Shown: positions 1 to 9,860 of the stretch, piece by piece | Position numbering within the stretch: the first letter of the stretch is position 1 | Layout: each line of letters begins with the position of its first letter | Assembly: GCA_041484665.1 (NCBI GenBank) | Contig: JBGPIA010000001.1 | Span: 813,296 to 877,295 of the forward strand | DNA from: Candidatus Krumholzibacteriia bacterium | Lineage (GTDB): Bacteria; Krumholzibacteriota; Krumholzibacteriia; JAJRXK01 | Length of the DNA: 64,000 bases | Direction of reading: 5' to 3' | The notes under the pieces: generated by a model | Told to the model about the DNA's origin: nothing | The model's database searches: none | Seen by the model: only the letters and a program-made list of their open reading frames with translations | Program-made: the position numbers and the translations under genes

Positions 1-335
1 AGCCCGAGGTTGCCCTCGTTGATCAGGTCCTCCAGAGGCACGCCGTAGTGCGAATAGTGCTTGGCGATGCTCACCACGAACCGCAGGTTCGCCGTCACCA
101 GCCGCTCCATCGCACGGCGGTCCCCGTTGCGGATGCGGCGGGCAAGCTCCGCCTCCTGCTCGCGCGTGAGGGTGGAGTACCTGCCGACTTCCTTGAAGTA
201 GATGTCCAGATTGCTCGGGATTCCGTTCTCGACCGTCTCGCTCACGGGTCCCAACTCCCAACCGGTTCGCAGGGAGGTCAAACGGCGGCGGGGTGTCTCG
301 AATCTCTGCCGCCGGGCTGCGAGGACTCCCTCCAT
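1..335 (-). CDS. RNA polymerase sigma-70 family sigma factor (RpoH/group-3-like); only the N-terminal part lies in the window, the C-terminus is beyond position 1
   Basis: Reverse-strand translation of 1-335 gives ...NLDIYFKEVGRYSTLTREQEAELARRIRNGDRRAMERLVTANLRFVVSIAKHYSHYGVPLEDLINEGNLGL, matching sigma-70 regions 1.2 and 2 (LRFVV...DLIQEGNxGL is RpoH-like). The start could be ATG at 333-335 or GTG at 243-245; the gene is not in the ORF track because no stop lies in the window. Confidence 0.8.
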   Translation of the reverse strand, partial: MEGVLAARRQRFETPRRRLTSLRTGWELGPVSETVENGIPSNLDIYFKEVGRYSTLTREQEAELARRIRNGDRRAMERLVTANLRFVVSIAKHYSHYGVPLEDLINEGNLG

Positions 336-454
336 CAAGACGCGGGCCCGGCACGTTGCCAAGATCACGAGCCCAGACAGCCCCGTAATCGTAGGTTTCA
401 CAACTGATTACGCAGGTCGATGCAAGGGGGTTCGCGGCTCCGAACCCGTGGTCT

Positions 455-469
455 TTGACAATCTGTCAA
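455..469. promoter_or_regulatory. Perfect 15-bp palindrome TTGACAATCTGTCAA at the 5' end of element copy 1; a possible operator or -35-like site
   Basis: Seen in the sequence. Half-sites TTGACA/TGTCAA, identical in both copies. No convincing -10 box lies 16-19 nt downstream on either strand. Confidence 0.35.
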
Positions 470-688
470 GGCGCCCCGGGGCTCGTCGGCGAAGATGTCA
501 GCAGAGACGCTGGTGACAGGGGCTCGCGCGCACCGAGCGAAGAGAGCAAGGCACGCCTAGATCGCGCGCGTGGCGGGTCCTTGATTAGGGAGGCAGCGAG
601 CCGTCGGCTCCGCGGCTGTGGATTTCGCGCCCGTCGAATCCGCGCCTGCGGCGTGCGGCGGCGCCCGCATCCCCCGGGGAGATCCACC

Positions 689-924
689 ATACTCACGCTC
701 ACCCGCGAGCAGCTCATCGACCGCCTGCGCGCCCACCTCGTGAAGCTCACCGACGAAGACCGCCCGCTCTGCCAGGTTGCCCGCGAGCTGAACATCTACT
801 GCCATGGCTTTGGGCGCTTCACGTCCGAAGAGCTACGGCGCGAGTACGCGTGGCTGGAGAAAAAGGCCCACCACCCGCTGACGCGCCAGGAGCTCGAAGA
901 ACGCGCCAATCAGTGGCAGCTGGC
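689..924 (+). pseudogene. Truncated copy of the small conserved hypothetical protein (element copy 1); start codon ATG replaced by ATA, 3' third replaced by unrelated DNA
   Basis: ILTLTREQLIDRLRAHLVKLTDEDRPLCQVARELNIYCHGFGRF...QWQLA aligns with MLTLTREQVIDRLRAHLVKLTDEDRSLCQVAKELNIFCHGFARL...QWQLA of copy 2. After QWQLA the frame runs into unrelated sequence and stops at 994. Confidence 0.55.
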
Positions 925-935
925 GACTGAGGCCG

Positions 936-1250
936 GTGACATTCAACTGGCGAAGCGGCGCGGACGGACACACACACCTGGGCCTGATCGCTGAAGAGGT
1001 GGCCGAAGCGATCCCTGAAGTGGTCGTGGCCGAGGGCGACGCGAACGAGCCGCTGGGCATGAATTACTCCGAGTTGGTGCCGGTGCTCATCAATGCAGTG
1101 CAGGAACAACAGGGGATGCTGGCCGAAAGAGACGAGCGCATCGCCGCGCTGGAGGCTCGCAATGCCGAGTTCGAGTCTCGGCTGGCGGCCCTGGAAGCGC
1201 GAAACGGAGACGAACGGCTCACGTTCAGCTTAGGGAATGCGAGAAAATAG
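936..1250 (+). pseudogene. Orphan C-terminal fragment of a peptidase S74 / intramolecular-chaperone domain protein (phage tail-fibre or endosialidase type)
   Basis: TFNWRSGADGHTHLGLIAEEVAEAIPEVVVAEGDANEPLGMNYSELVPVLINAVQEQQ... fits the S74 autoprocessing domain pattern (GfIAQEv..v.Pe.V....l.vnYs.L.p.LI.Ai.e.). An in-frame stop lies just upstream (879-881), so no N-terminal body is present. Confidence 0.6.
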
Positions 1251-2002
1251 CTGCAGCAAGCGTAAGTACTCGCTTCGCCCCGTCGGTCGCGGACGGGCGG
1301 TCGAGGAGCGCGCTGGTTCCCGCGACGGTCAGTTGGGAGTGCGCAGGGCCGTGTGCAGGGTGACGGTACCGGGCTTGCGGAAGGCCGCGATTGCGGCCGC
1401 CATCACATAGGCCTTGGGCTCCTCGCCGGAACGCTTATCCTGTGGTTGCGCCGCGCTTGCCGACGCCCGTCCCGCGCGATAGAGTCCAATACGCTGTACC
1501 AGCTGGTCCACCGCCCCCAGGCGGCGCTCCGAGCACCCTCCAACTGCGCTTGATTCGCAGCCCACGATTCTTCGCCCCATTCCCGTCACGCCGGAGATGA
1601 CACCGTGCCCGATGCCAAGTCTCGATTGATCGTCGCGTTTCGGCTGGGATCCGCAGGGTTTGCCAGGGCCACCGGCCGGCCAGATCAGGCCGCGGATTCC
1701 ACGCGCTGGCGGCCCGCCTCCCAGGCCTGGATGCCCCTCGCGAGATCCGAAACGTCTCGGACACCGTTCCGGCGGAGCAGGCAGGCTGGCCGTGATCGAG
1801 GAGCGTCCCCGCCCACCCAACACCTCCCGTATCACCGCGAAGCCTACCTCTGCGGGGCGCAACCTCCCGGCGCGTTCGCCTGAACGAGCTCGGAAGTACG
1901 GACGTGTACCACGGCGCTGGAGAAGGCAGGTTCCGTCCCGGTCCGGGCCGTGCACGTTCCCAGCCCGATCGATCGACCCCCACGAACTCGAGGAGATCCC
2001 TG

Positions 2003-4786
2003 ATGAAGTCGCGACTGGCTCTGCTCCTGATGCTCCTCTGTATGCTGCACGCCACATCCGAGGCGCTCGCTCAGTGCGCTCTGTGGAGTGCCGGTCCGCT
2101 GGATAATGGCACCGCGCCCAACGGCGCCAACGGAAACGTCTACGCAGCCGTCTCCTGGGACCCGGACGACCTCGGTCCGCTGGCTCCAAGGCTGGTGGTG
2201 GGCGGCGACTTCACCAGCATCGGGGGGGTGGCAGTCACGAACATTGCCCAGCGCGACCCCGCCACCGGCCAATGGGCGCCGGTGGGGAGCGGGATCAGTG
2301 CAACGGTCAATGCCCTGACAGTGTTCTACGGCGAACTGGTCGCCGGCTGCAGCGGCGACAACAACGTGGGCACGTTCGATCAGACCGTCCGGCGGTGGGA
2401 TGGCTCGGCCTGGCAGAGCCTCTCTGCTACCAACACGGGCTCTGTCCTGGCGATGGAGGAGTACAACGGCGCTCTCTACATCGGGGGCACCTTCATGACC
2501 CACTTCGTCCCCGGGGGCAGCAACGACGCCTACTTCCTCGCGCGCTGGGACCCCATCGCCAACCTCTGGCACGACGTGGAGGGTGGGTTCGGCAGCCAGA
2601 CCAACACCGCTGTGCGCGCCCTTGCGGTCTACAACGGCGACTTGTACGCCGGCGGCAATGTGCTTGGCGGTCCGGGAACCGTGATCAACCTGGCCCGCTG
2701 GAATCCCGCCACGCACTGGACGCAGATCACGACGGGGACCGATCTGGGGGGGATCTACGACTTCGCCCTGTACGGGGGAGAGCTCATCGTCGGAGGTGGA
2801 TTCCTCACCATCAACGGGGCGACGCGCAACTGCATCGCGGGCTGGAACGGCTGGTCGTTCCACAGTTTCTCCACCGGAACGGCCCCGGGTGGCGGCACGA
2901 TCTTCAACGTGATCGTGCACAATCAAGTGCTCATGATCGGTGGCGCGTTCACGACGGCCAGCGGTTTGAGCGAAAGCCGCGTGGCTTCGTGGTATGCAGC
3001 CGGAGGCTACTGGGTACCCCTGGGCTATGGAACCGACGCCACAGTCCAAAGCCTGGTTTCCTACAACGGCGAATTGGTCGCGGTGGGGTACTTCACGGTG
3101 GCCGAGCGGCCGGCCAACCACATCGCCCATTGGGACGGCTTCCAATGGGGCCCGTTCGGGGGCGGCTTCGGGAACTACGTCCTGGCCATGACCAACTTCA
3201 ACGGGCGCATCGTGGCAGGGGGCGATTTCCATCAGCCCACGGGCTCGGTGGCCACCGCCCACAACGTCGCATCGTGGACGGGCGGCGCGCTCCAGTCGTA
3301 CGGGGTGGGCGTCAACGGCCCGGTCATGGCACTGAAGGGGTTCAGGTACCCCGGCGTGGTCGGGCCCGACGAGCTGGTGGCCGGAGGCGTGTTCACCCAA
3401 GCGGGGGGAATCGCGGTCAACAACATCGCCCGGTGGACCGAGCGCTTCACCGTATTCCCCCCGCCTGCCTGGCAGGCGATGGGTGCCGGGTTCAACAACG
3501 CGGTCTACGCCATCGAGCGCTCCAACGGCATCACCTACGCTGGAGGGTCGTTCACCGCATCGGGGGCGACGAGCATCCTCCGGATGGCGCGCTGGAACGA
3601 GACCACCGACGTCTGGGAACAGGTCGGCTTCGGGATGAATGGCTTCGTCTACGCATTGAAGGATTACAACGGCTACCTCTACGCGGGCGGAAATTTCACC
3701 TCGGCTGGCGGGAGCGCGACTGGCGGACTCGCTCGGTGGACCGGCACCTTCTGGGACCTGGTGGGCGGAGGCGCATTCGGGGGTACGGTGCTCTCGCTCG
3801 AGGTCTACGATGGAAAGCTGGTGATCGGGGGCCAGTTCTCGGGAATAAGCCACTCTCCGAATCTGATCGTGTATGACGGCGTCAGCTTCTCGGCGCTTGC
3901 GACGGGGGGCGCGAACAACAACGTCCGCGCGCTGAAAACCAACGGTAGGCGGCTCTACGTCGCGGGCGACTTCACCTCTGTGGCCGGCGTCCTTGTCAAT
4001 CGCGTCGCGTACTGGGAAGAGGGTAATTGGCATGATACCCACTACGGTACGGACAACATCGTCTATGCGCTGGGCACCTACAACAACGAGGTCCACGTAG
4101 GCGGTTCGTTCCTCAACGTCGACTACGGTGGCCCGTCCCCCGCGCTGACCTCGCCCTTCTGGGGCAGGTACAGCGAGACCGGGCTACCGTGGTTCTATCA
4201 GCATCCGGCGTCCAAGACCGTGCAGCTGGGAGACGACGTTTCGTTCACCGCGCAGGCGGCCTCCGGCTTCTCGGGGCTCACCTACCAGTGGTATCACAAC
4301 GACTTGCCGATCTCGGACGGGCCGACCGGCAACGGCTCTACTATCGGCGGGGCCACCACCACGACGCTGACGATCCTGGACGCCGTCTGGACGGACCACG
4401 GCGGCTACCGGCTGGTGGCCACCAATTCCTGCGGCGATGCCACCAGCTTCACGGCCACGCTCGACTTCACGGGGGTCACCGCGGCGCCGTCCCCGGGGTC
4501 GGTGCGAACCACGGTGTTCGAGGCGCTGGGGCCCAACCCGGCGGGCGGCGCCAGCCAGCTGTCCTTCTCGCTGGCCCACGACGCCGCGGTCCGGGTGCGG
4601 ATCTACGACGTGGCAGGCCGCCTGGTGCGCCACATCGATGTCGGACGCCTGCCCGCCGGGCACCACATGACCAGCTGGGATGCGCGCGACGAGGGCGGCC
4701 GCAAGGTCTCGGCCGCGCAGTACTTCGTCCGCCTCGACGTCGACGGGCAACCCATCGGGTCCAAGCGGCTGACGATCCTGCACTGA
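2003..4786 (+). CDS. Large secreted repeat protein: signal peptide, ~12 degenerate beta-propeller-like repeats (GG.F....g......iA.Wdg..W), Ig-like domain, T9SS-type C-terminal sorting domain
   Basis: AGGAGA RBS 8 nt before ATG at 2003. N-terminus MKSRLALLLMLLCMLHATSEALAQ. C-terminus ...VRVRIYDVAGRLVRHIDVGRLPAGHHMTSWDARDEGGRKVSAAQYFVRLDVDGQPIGSKRLTILH matches the Por_Secre_tail / FlgD-Ig-like CTD pattern. Stop codon TGA. Confidence 0.85.
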   Translation: MKSRLALLLMLLCMLHATSEALAQCALWSAGPLDNGTAPNGANGNVYAAVSWDPDDLGPLAPRLVVGGDFTSIGGVAVTNIAQRDPATGQWAPVGSGISATVNALTVFYGELVAGCSGDNNVGTFDQTVRRWDGSAWQSLSATNTGSVLAMEEYNGALYIGGTFMTHFVPGGSNDAYFLARWDPIANLWHDVEGGFGSQTNTAVRALAVYNGDLYAGGNVLGGPGTVINLARWNPATHWTQITTGTDLGGIYDFALYGGELIVGGGFLTINGATRNCIAGWNGWSFHSFSTGTAPGGGTIFNVIVHNQVLMIGGAFTTASGLSESRVASWYAAGGYWVPLGYGTDATVQSLVSYNGELVAVGYFTVAERPANHIAHWDGFQWGPFGGGFGNYVLAMTNFNGRIVAGGDFHQPTGSVATAHNVASWTGGALQSYGVGVNGPVMALKGFRYPGVVGPDELVAGGVFTQAGGIAVNNIARWTERFTVFPPPAWQAMGAGFNNAVYAIERSNGITYAGGSFTASGATSILRMARWNETTDVWEQVGFGMNGFVYALKDYNGYLYAGGNFTSAGGSATGGLARWTGTFWDLVGGGAFGGTVLSLEVYDGKLVIGGQFSGISHSPNLIVYDGVSFSALATGGANNNVRALKTNGRRLYVAGDFTSVAGVLVNRVAYWEEGNWHDTHYGTDNIVYALGTYNNEVHVGGSFLNVDYGGPSPALTSPFWGRYSETGLPWFYQHPASKTVQLGDDVSFTAQAASGFSGLTYQWYHNDLPISDGPTGNGSTIGGATTTTLTILDAVWTDHGGYRLVATNSCGDATSFTATLDFTGVTAAPSPGSVRTTVFEALGPNPAGGASQLSFSLAHDAAVRVRIYDVAGRLVRHIDVGRLPAGHHMTSWDARDEGGRKVSAAQYFVRLDVDGQPIGSKRLTILH

Positions 4787-4797
4787 TCGAAGCTGCC

Positions 4798-4832
4798 GGG
4801 TGGAGGGAGCTCGAAGGAGCCCCCTCCACCCC
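4798..4832 (+). terminator. Stem-loop GGGTGGAGGG-13 nt-CCCTCCACCC immediately after the stop of the large secreted protein
   Basis: A 10-bp perfect inverted repeat seen in the sequence, 12 nt downstream of the TGA. There is no clear U-tract. Confidence 0.45.
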
Positions 4833-5302
4833 ATGCGCCCGCCCACCTCGCTACACCCGCCGTCAGCGCCAGCCCCACCCACGCCACCCGCGCGCAGAAG
4901 TACACCCCCGCCGGCACCAGAGTGCCCTCATCATCGCGTCCGCCCCACCACAGCTCCAGCGAGGCCAGGACCGACGGCGCGCTGCCTGCGGGCGGCGCGG
5001 CGGTGGGCGCCCCGCTTCCCACGAACTTCGCAATCCAGAACGAAGAGGTCGCGCCGGTGTCCAGCGGCCCCCCCGAAGGGACCTCCCTGCGCAGAGGCAC
5101 GTTCCAGTTGCCGATGGAGATGGCGGCAGAGAGGGCGCGGGTCGGACACGCCTCAGCGCGCCGCGGCCAGCAGCTCCCGGGCGCGGCGCAGCAGGGCCAA
5201 GTCGGCGAGCCCGGGCTGTTCTGCCGCCGACAGCGCTCGCTCCAGCGCCTGGGCCTGTTGCTCCAAGCGGCTGCGACCACCATGGATTTCGGCCAACGTG
5301 CC

Positions 5303-6100
<798 letters not shown>

Positions 6101-6114
6101 GCCTGACGCCGTGG

Positions 6115-6458
6115 GCGTGTGCGCGGGGCCGCCGGCCCCGCCGCAGCGCCGCCAGCACCAGCCGGCGGTACAGCTCGGTCAATGCCGCGAAGTCCCAGTA
6201 TCCCATCCGCTCGATGCGGCCGTCCTCGCCGAAACCGCCGTCGGTGACGATGGCGTGGACGTGGGGGTGGGAGTTGGCGGCGTAGCTGCCGAAGGTCTGC
6301 AGGGCGGCCACCATCCCCACCGACAGCGATGGATCGTCGCAGCAGGCGCGGACCGCTCGCTGGGTGCATTCATGCACGCAGCGGCTGAGCAGTCCCAGCA
6401 GCCGCCGCTCGCGCTCGAACAGCCCCCGCAGCGGCTCCGATCCCGTGATCTTTGACAA
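6115..6458 (-). mobile_element. Internal fragment (~115 aa) of an IS91-family (HUH/Y2) rolling-circle transposase; N- and C-terminal parts missing
   Basis: GMVAALQTFGSYAANSHPHVHAIVTDGGFGEDGRIERMGYWDF matches the IS91 TnpA motif LHTWGQ.L..HPHLHCLVPGGG...DG.W. Downstream the frame degenerates into Arg-rich nonsense. Upstream the fragment is cut off at the element copy 2 boundary. Confidence 0.6.
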
Positions 6459-6925
6459 TCTGTCAAGGCGCCCCGGGGCTTTGCGGCGAAGAGGTCAGCA
6501 GAAACGCTGGTGCGAGCGGCTCGCGCGTTTCAGCCGAAGAGACCGATCCACGCCTTGATCGCGCGCGTGGCGAGTCCTTGATTTGGGGGGCAGAAAGCCG
6601 TCGCCTCCGCGGCCGTCGTGGATTCCGCGCCTGTCGAATCCGCGGCTGCGGCGTGCGGCGGCGCCCACATCCCCCGCGGAGATCCAGCATGCTCACGCTC
6701 ACACGCGAGCAGGTCATCGACCGCCTGCGCGCCCACCTCGTGAAGCTCACCGACGAAGACCGTTCCCTCTGCCAGGTCGCCAAGGAGCTCAATATCTTCT
6801 GCCATGGCTTCGCACGACTGGACTCCGGTGAGCTGCGCCGCGAGTTCGAATGGCTAGAGAAGAAGGCCCACCGGCCCCTGACCCGCCCCGAGCTGGAGCA
6901 GCGCGCCGGGCAATGGCAGCTCGCC
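6433..6925. repeat. Copy 2 of the ~490-bp duplicated element (palindrome at ~6453-6467, leader, 5' part of small ORF); this copy has an intact ORF
   Basis: Alignment to 433-924. Contains a 3-nt in-frame indel relative to copy 1 in the leader. Confidence 0.8.
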
Positions 6926-7084
6926 CGACAGATCCTGCACGGTGTCACGGTCGCGTGCGACGCCCAGATGCGCGACCACGATCACTGCCGGGGCTGGGAC
7001 ACCTTTACCGACCTGGAGCTGGCGCGCTTCCACCAGGAGCTCCTGGGCGAGATGGTCGAGGTGGTGGTGCCTCCAGCGCAGTGA
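6689..7084 (+). CDS. Small conserved hypothetical protein (131 aa, full-length copy); unknown family, CHGF and HCRGW Cys/His motifs
   Basis: ATG at 6689. Over the shared 78 codons, differences from copy 1 are mostly synonymous or conservative (ctc/ctg, gtt/gtc, aac/aat, ttt/ttc, Y/F, R/K), indicating purifying selection. I do not recognise the family. Confidence 0.6.
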   Translation: MLTLTREQVIDRLRAHLVKLTDEDRSLCQVAKELNIFCHGFARLDSGELRREFEWLEKKAHRPLTRPELEQRAGQWQLARQILHGVTVACDAQMRDHDHCRGWDTFTDLELARFHQELLGEMVEVVVPPAQ

Positions 7085-7186
7085 CGCGCCGGATGGCCGC
7101 CGCACATCGCCGCCGCACTTGACTCCCCCTGCCCCGCACAGCACCGTAGAGCCAGGCCCATCGCGCTTCTGGACATTCCCCCGCTC

Positions 7187-7873
7187 GTGACGGGCCAGGG
7201 GGGCCGCCGCTTGACCTTGCGCTGGAGCCGGATCGTGCTCTCCACATCGCTGCTGACCTGGAGCGGCCTTCTCGCCGGCGTGGGCATTGCCCTTGGCACC
7301 GCGACTGCAGCTACGGCAGCGCCCTCGGGCGCAGCGGGCGGCTCCGGGACACGCGTGCTGGAGTTCGGCCCCTACCTGGGGGCCTACGATTTCGACGCCT
7401 CCACCTGGTTTGAGGACAGCGCCCTGTTCGGGCTGCGGGCCACGGCGCGCCTGAGCCGCGTCTTCCTGCTCGACGCGGAGTTCGACGAGGTCTACACGCG
7501 CCGCGAACGCAGCAACAACACGGCGCGGCAGATCAGCGTGGCCGTGCATGGGCGCGTGGAGCCGCTGCGCTCACGGCTCTCCCCCACGCTGCTCGCCGGC
7601 GTGGCGTTCGTGGGCCTGGACGACAGCGAAGATCCCGATGCGTTCAGCGAGGCTTACGACATCGGGACGGGCCTGCGCGCCCGCATCACGTCGTGCTGGA
7701 GCGCGCGCGCCGAATGGCTGCTACGCCGCCAGGAGTTCAGGGTGCTCACGCTGGCGACGGCCAGCGATGGCACTGGCACGGGGGCCCAGAGCTCGCAGAC
7801 GTCCGCGGTGAACGCGCAGCCCACGCAGATGTGGGGCCGGGCGATGCGAGTGGGGCTGGCATATGCGTTCTGA
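7187..7873 (+). CDS. Outer-membrane beta-barrel protein (small OmpA-like/OMP_b-brl type), paralog 1
   Basis: Signal-peptide-like N-terminus, alternating amphipathic strands, C-terminal ...GLAYAF with terminal Phe. Stop TGA. Confidence 0.7.
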   Translation: MTGQGGRRLTLRWSRIVLSTSLLTWSGLLAGVGIALGTATAATAAPSGAAGGSGTRVLEFGPYLGAYDFDASTWFEDSALFGLRATARLSRVFLLDAEFDEVYTRRERSNNTARQISVAVHGRVEPLRSRLSPTLLAGVAFVGLDDSEDPDAFSEAYDIGTGLRARITSCWSARAEWLLRRQEFRVLTLATASDGTGTGAQSSQTSAVNAQPTQMWGRAMRVGLAYAF

Positions 7874-8558
7874 GGTTCGCTACGATCGACGATGCGTGGG
7901 AGCGCGGCTCTTGGCTTGGGCGCTCGCGGCGGGCGGCGCGGTGGGCGCCGTAGGTGGCGTCGATGTCGTAAGCGTCGTGAGCCTGGCGGGCGCGGTCGGC
8001 GCGGTGAGCGTTGCGAGTCCGCAACCGGCACGCGCTGCAGAGGGCGGCGCTTGGCCGGTCGCACATCCGCTGGAGCTCTCCATCTACGCCGGCTCGTGGA
8101 ACTTCAACCAGACGATCCACTTCCGCGACGACGCCCTGCTGGGGCTGCGCGGTGGGATGGGGTTCGTTCCCTGGCTGCAGCTCGAGCTGGAGCTCGATGA
8201 GATCACCACCAGCAGCCGCCGCGACGGAGCTGCGGCCCGGGCCACCAGCGTCGCCATGCACGGGCGCATCGAGCCGTGGGGTCACTGGCGCGTGTCGCCT
8301 GGATTGGTGGCGGGCGTCTCGTTCATGGCGCTGGAGGACGACACCGATCCCGATGCCATCGCCGAAGGACTCGACGTCGGCGTGCACGCGCGCATCAACG
8401 TCACGCCGCACGTGGCAGTGCGGCCCGAAATCGTCGGGCGGTACCAGTCGGTCCGGCTGGTGGACGACAGCCAGCTCAGGGCCGCTGGAGCCACCGACGC
8501 TGAGACCCGCTACCTGTGGAGCGTGGGCTACCGCGTGGGGGTGGGGTTTGCGTTCTGA
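7863..8558 (+). CDS. Outer-membrane beta-barrel protein, paralog 2 (tandem duplicate)
   Basis: Ends ...GVGFAF. The HGRVEP/HGRIEP and LLAGVAFVGLDDSEDPDAFSEAYDIG / LVAGVSFMALEDDTDPDAIAEGLDVG blocks are conserved with paralog 1. ATG at 7863 overlaps the 3' end of paralog 1; an alternative GTG start lies at ~7893. Confidence 0.7.
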   Translation: MRSEVRYDRRCVGARLLAWALAAGGAVGAVGGVDVVSVVSLAGAVGAVSVASPQPARAAEGGAWPVAHPLELSIYAGSWNFNQTIHFRDDALLGLRGGMGFVPWLQLELELDEITTSSRRDGAAARATSVAMHGRIEPWGHWRVSPGLVAGVSFMALEDDTDPDAIAEGLDVGVHARINVTPHVAVRPEIVGRYQSVRLVDDSQLRAAGATDAETRYLWSVGYRVGVGFAF

Positions 8559-8648
8559 ACAGACGAATGGGGCGAGCGCGATCCTCCCGGCCACGGCGGG
8601 GGCGCCGCGTGCCCGGCAGCCGGGCAGCGGACTCGGCAGGCTGCGCCT

Positions 8649-9810
8649 GGTGGTCTGCCTCGGGCTGGTCGCCGCGTCGGCCGCAGGCTGCAGGGACCTG
8701 GTGCAGCCCCAGCTGGCGCCGGTGGCGCCGGTGATGGCCTCGGGCGTTGTCCTCTCGCCGCTGGGGGTGCCAGTCAGCGGCGTCTCCGTCTCTTTGAATA
8801 ATTACGGCTACCCTGGACCCGTCAATGGCAGCTGGAACGGCAAGACCGACGAAGAAGGCCGGTTCACTTCCGACCTACCTGCACCTGGGTACTTTGACGG
8901 GTCGGTAGACTTCCCCAGTTCGTCGCAGCTGCCCGGTTGGCGATTCTACGCAGTCTGGTTCGACGAAACGCCGAAGCAGCTCCAGCCGCAGTATGTGTCG
9001 CAAAGGGGTCGAGTCGTATACGCGGTCGCTCTCCCGTTCGTGCCCACGAACCACGGGGTGGAGTTCGACTATGGGTACCGCATCCCCACGGGGGAGACGC
9101 GCCACGCAAGCGTCAGCTTCTACGTTTCCGACAACGGTGAGTTCACGGCCTGGTTGCCCTGGGCAGGTCGCTTCCGCGCCTTCGTGAACGCGAGGGCCTA
9201 TCCGCAGTCAGTAGCGTACGATTGGCCGGACAGCGTGGTGGTCTCCGGCGCCGACACGCTGACGCTGCTGGTCCCGGTGGTCGACTATGAGATCCGGCCC
9301 TCACTCGGAGGCGTGCCACTCGAGGCCGCTACGCTCACGGTCGAGACGACCTTGAGGGCGCCAAACAAGTTCGAAGATGGCAACACCTCTCTTCAACCGT
9401 CGACCACCAATGGCCACATCCATGCGCTCGGCTTCCAGGGGAGCTGTAGCATTCGCGTGGGCCCGCCGCAAGGAGTGCCTACATCATTCCTCTTTTTCGA
9501 TAGGTCGGCACTCGTGACGTTGGGTCCAGGTGCTGTTATCGCCGTGGAATTGGGTCGGTACCAACTCGGGATCCACCTGCGCACGGTCGGTGGCGCTGCC
9601 GTCGTCGGAGGCGCCATCATTGTGGACTCTTCTGCGGATCGAGGCGTGGAGCTCCAAAGCGATGCCACGGGCTCCGCCAGCCTCCACCTGAACCCGGGGG
9701 CTTACCAGGTCCTGGCCCGGCTGCAATCCGCGGGGGCAGCTGCCGACACGGTCGTGACGATCGCCTCGGACATGGACCTGACCCTCGTCATCCCGGAGAC
9801 CGGCCCCTGA
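8649..9810 (+). CDS. Lipoprotein with carboxypeptidase-regulatory-like beta-sandwich repeats; start codon uncertain
   Basis: Lipobox LVAASAAGC. VSGVSVSLNNYGYPGPVNGSWNGKTDEEGRFTSDLPAPGYF fits the CarboxypepD_reg pattern, and a second similar module lies near the C-terminus. No in-frame ATG; the start is probably GTG near 8649 or upstream. Confidence 0.55.
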
Positions 9811-9860
9811 CACGCCGGCGGTGAGACCGCACGCGCCCAGGTCGCGCCCATCGCCCGCCC

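Larger units (their letters stand above)
433..924. repeat. Copy 1 of a ~490-bp duplicated element: 25-nt conserved left flank, palindrome, ~240-nt leader, and the 5' 78 codons of a small ORF
   Basis: Direct nucleotide alignment to 6433-6925 is about 85-90% identical overall, and the first ~45 nt are almost identical. Homology stops abruptly at ~924 (after the codons for QWQLA). Confidence 0.8.

Noticed and set aside
455-690. The leader of the duplicated element is an open frame from a TTG inside the palindrome and stays open, with an in-frame 3-nt indel, in both copies. This could be read as an N-terminal extension of the small protein.
   Set aside because: In ~70% GC DNA long open frames arise by chance. 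Substitutions in the leader are not biased toward synonymous changes, and the encoded peptide is Arg/Gly-rich with no domain character. It is treated as conserved non-coding leader.
1329-2189. Minus-strand ORF whose C-terminal 80 aa (…EEPKAYVMAAAIAAFRKPGTVTLHTALRTPN) has less biased composition
   Set aside because: No recognisable domain or start context, and the N-terminal two thirds overlap the promoter and start of the 2003-4786 gene. Left unannotated.
1844-4096. 750-aa minus-strand ORF antisense to the large secreted protein gene
   Set aside because: Arg/Gly/Pro-rich composition typical of antisense frames in high-GC DNA. Fully overlapped by a gene with a clear domain structure on the + strand.
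4800-5302. Several overlapping ORFs (4603-5397 -, 4800-5330 +, 4922-5419 +) between the large secreted protein and the kinase pseudogene
   Set aside because: No domain signal, mutually exclusive, strongly biased composition. Possibly decayed continuation of the kinase but not supportable.
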